NCBI GenBank assembly: GCA_051294905.1
Contig: CM119372.1
Location: forward strand, 33,048,001-33,112,000
Source: Botryllus schlosseri
Taxonomy: Eukaryota
Direction: 5' to 3'
Length of the DNA: 64,000 nt
Part shown: piece after piece, positions 61,697-64,000 of the stretch
How positions within the stretch are numbered: the stretch's first letter is position 1
Layout: each line of letters opens with the position of its first letter
The notes under the pieces: model-generated
Told to the model about the DNA's origin: nothing
Databases searched by the model: none
What the model saw: only the letters and a program-made list of their open reading frames with translations
Position numbers and translations under genes: made by a program

Positions 61697-64000
61697 CAGG
61701 CAACTTCGTCAATACGATTAAGGTCGGGGGAAACTAGGTTATGGGTGCAGGGGTACGCGTGGAAAGATTGTTGACACCCTGCTGGGACAGATGCTACAAC
61801 CGCAATGGAACTGATACACACTTGACAATTTCTAGCTTCCATATCTTCTATCAGGGATATCTAGATATCCCTGCTTCTATGTTTAGAACACAAAATCTTT
61901 TGAGTAGCGATTTATCAGTTGCACATCCAGGCCCCCATGGGGCTTTGACAATAATACGGATGATCCGATGTTGTAGTTTTTGCAGTGGATCAATCGTATT
62001 CTTCCAGGCAGCACCCCAGCAAAGAATTCCGTATTGTAACTTTGATAGGAATAGAGTGCTGAGGAGTATCAACAGAACCCCAGCGGGCAGAGTGTAACTA
62101 AGGCGGCGAAACAGACCATATACCTTCGATAGTTGTGGTTTGAGTGATTGTATGTGACTCTTCCAAGACATGTCCGAATCCAGTAAAACAACAAGGTATT
62201 TGGCATTTCTAGCGTTGGAATTTGGTTGGCCAGCGATGTCAACGGTTACGTTATCGCAGGAGTTCACGACCAATAGTTGGGATTTCGCAGCGTTAATCCG
62301 AAGGCTATTATGGGACGTACAGTCGTCCACTCCTGCACTTTGGGCCAAACATGCAGATAATCCGAAAGACATACGCACTTAAAAAGTTTTAATATCCCTC
62401 TGGAAGACTAAATGCCTTTGCAAGGCTGGGGGACCGTCCGAGTGAGAGGTTATCTAGAAGCGTGTGAAAACATGTATTTGTATAATATTTTTAGCGCTAT
62501 GTCACTTTTACATTCAACCATTTAGGCAACGGTTTATGGCAACTCTTTCGCCACACGATGCCGATTTTGGAACGAATGTTTAACCCGCACATTTTGAAAA
62601 ATTATCATTTGAAAAATGACTGGACCAAGCAAATCTCTTTCGTATTATAAATTACGTCGCGGCGCAACTGTGAACATCTCACAGCTCACTGGTTGAAAAC
62701 TACAGTTCTAGAGGACTCGCGCAACCACCACGAAGTCACATTTTCGTATCAGAATACGCTATTGTGAACAAGATAAAATCGCGCGGCTTCTGGTGCCACG
62801 GCCTTGCATCTCCGGTGATGAGCCATTTGGTCAAGGTGTCACCACAAAATTGTGCAATTTTTGAAGATATAGTCCGTTTTTATTGCAAGCCAAGCCAGGA
62901 ACTACTTTCTGCTTTCCAAAAACCGGTGTGTAAAACACAGGGTTGCAACCAAGTCCAAAGTCAATCTCACTCAAGTCCGAATCATTGTGTTCACTGTTCA
63001 GTTCGGAGTTCAATCCGCTTTTTCAACTCTGCTTCTGGGATATAGAATGACTCACATTCATAATATTGTTACTTTCGTCAGTCCTAACAGTTTCTGGCCC
63101 TATTTTCCAAGTATCAGGACTGATAGACGAAATACCAATCATGTGGTGACTTTACTATTCATCAAAGTTACAATGAAATGCCTTTTTGGCCGTCCTAGTC
63201 TCGCGTCATGCACAATGACTCGAGTCGACTCATTTTACGCAATCGAAAAACGACTCGAGTCGAGTCATCAAAAATCGCGACTCGTTTCGTGTCCTGACAA
63301 ACCTGGTAAACGTAATTAACCTTGGGTAAAAAACTCAGAAAAAGTACAAGAACCTCGTTACCGACCACTTCTGCTGTCTCTTTTGATGAAAGCTTGTGTC
63401 TACCACGGCATCATTTTACACGGATAACTCAAGCATCGCGGTCACCACTGAGAAAGAAACGTCTGTTATTATCGAATTCCCCTCCATATCCAGGCTAGGA
63501 CCCCACTTCGTAAAATTGCCACAGTTTCAGCTCGGTACAAATGAATATTGCTCTGAAGAAGTAACTTTATTGGTAGTAAAGGTCAACCTAAGAGAACTAA
63601 AATGACTACTATATCCCTACTTACATAGATATATAAAAACACGGTGCAATTCTGCGCATGTCACACTAAATAAAGCGGCATAATTACGGTATTAGTACAC
63701 TTTTCGGAAGCATAGCTCATGAACTGCATACACGTCAAACTTGCCAGTGTGTATATCTTGTCGCGTTACATGAAATCTACGTTGTTGGCGTCAAATGTCG
63801 GCTTACTCCTGTACATAGGTTGATGTCCTACATGGCGTGAGATTGAGAAAAATCCAGGTATCACGACTGATTTACTATCTGCTGAAACATGACCTCAACA
63901 TTGGGATGTTTCGCAAAGCTTTTTACAAGGCAGGAAAATTATTAAAATAGGAGTAACGATACACAAATTATTATGAGCGATAACACACATCACAGTATCA

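Larger units (their letters stand above)
59149..61798. mobile_element. Solo LTR (~390 bp: 59149-59440 plus 61701-61798) hosting a younger LTR element
   Basis: TGTAGC...GCTACA termini; 5-bp TSD ACCGC. Confidence 0.8.
58633..62400 (-). mobile_element. 5'-truncated LINE (same family as 35480-36385) split by nested LTR sequences
   Basis: 58633-59148 and 61799-~62400 are contiguous homologues of the 35480 copy. Confidence 0.85.

Noticed and set aside
62764..63600. Possible host exons on the - strand (AG/GT-bounded segment ~63320-63588)
   Set aside because: Stops in all frames and no recognisable protein; at most UTR or non-coding.

Overview
Eukaryotic (animal, probably marine invertebrate) DNA, mostly nested transposable elements, with two intact single-exon host genes: a CatSper auxiliary subunit (epsilon/delta-like, 28896-31112 +) and a PDZ+3xLIM Enigma-family protein (37602-38765 -). 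The most unusual structure is a ~10 kb near-perfect palindrome (1688-11757). Its ~3.1 kb arms enclose a C2H2 zinc-finger ORF that begins inside one arm and was later split by a young 1.86 kb LTR element. The right arm continues, past two insertions, into GC-rich minisatellites and ends in ACTACT (17808), like a Polinton/Maverick end. Also present: a SAP-Gag-only BEL/Pao element; two small LTR elements with orphan acidic ORFs and a shared PBS; a fold-back element whose TIRs each encode a THAP domain; a deleted Mutator element (9-bp TSD); a Chapaev3-like remnant; a probable P-type excision footprint; many hAT MITEs; and SINE, LINE, Penelope and Gypsy fragments. All calls come from reading the sequence by eye; no searches were run.
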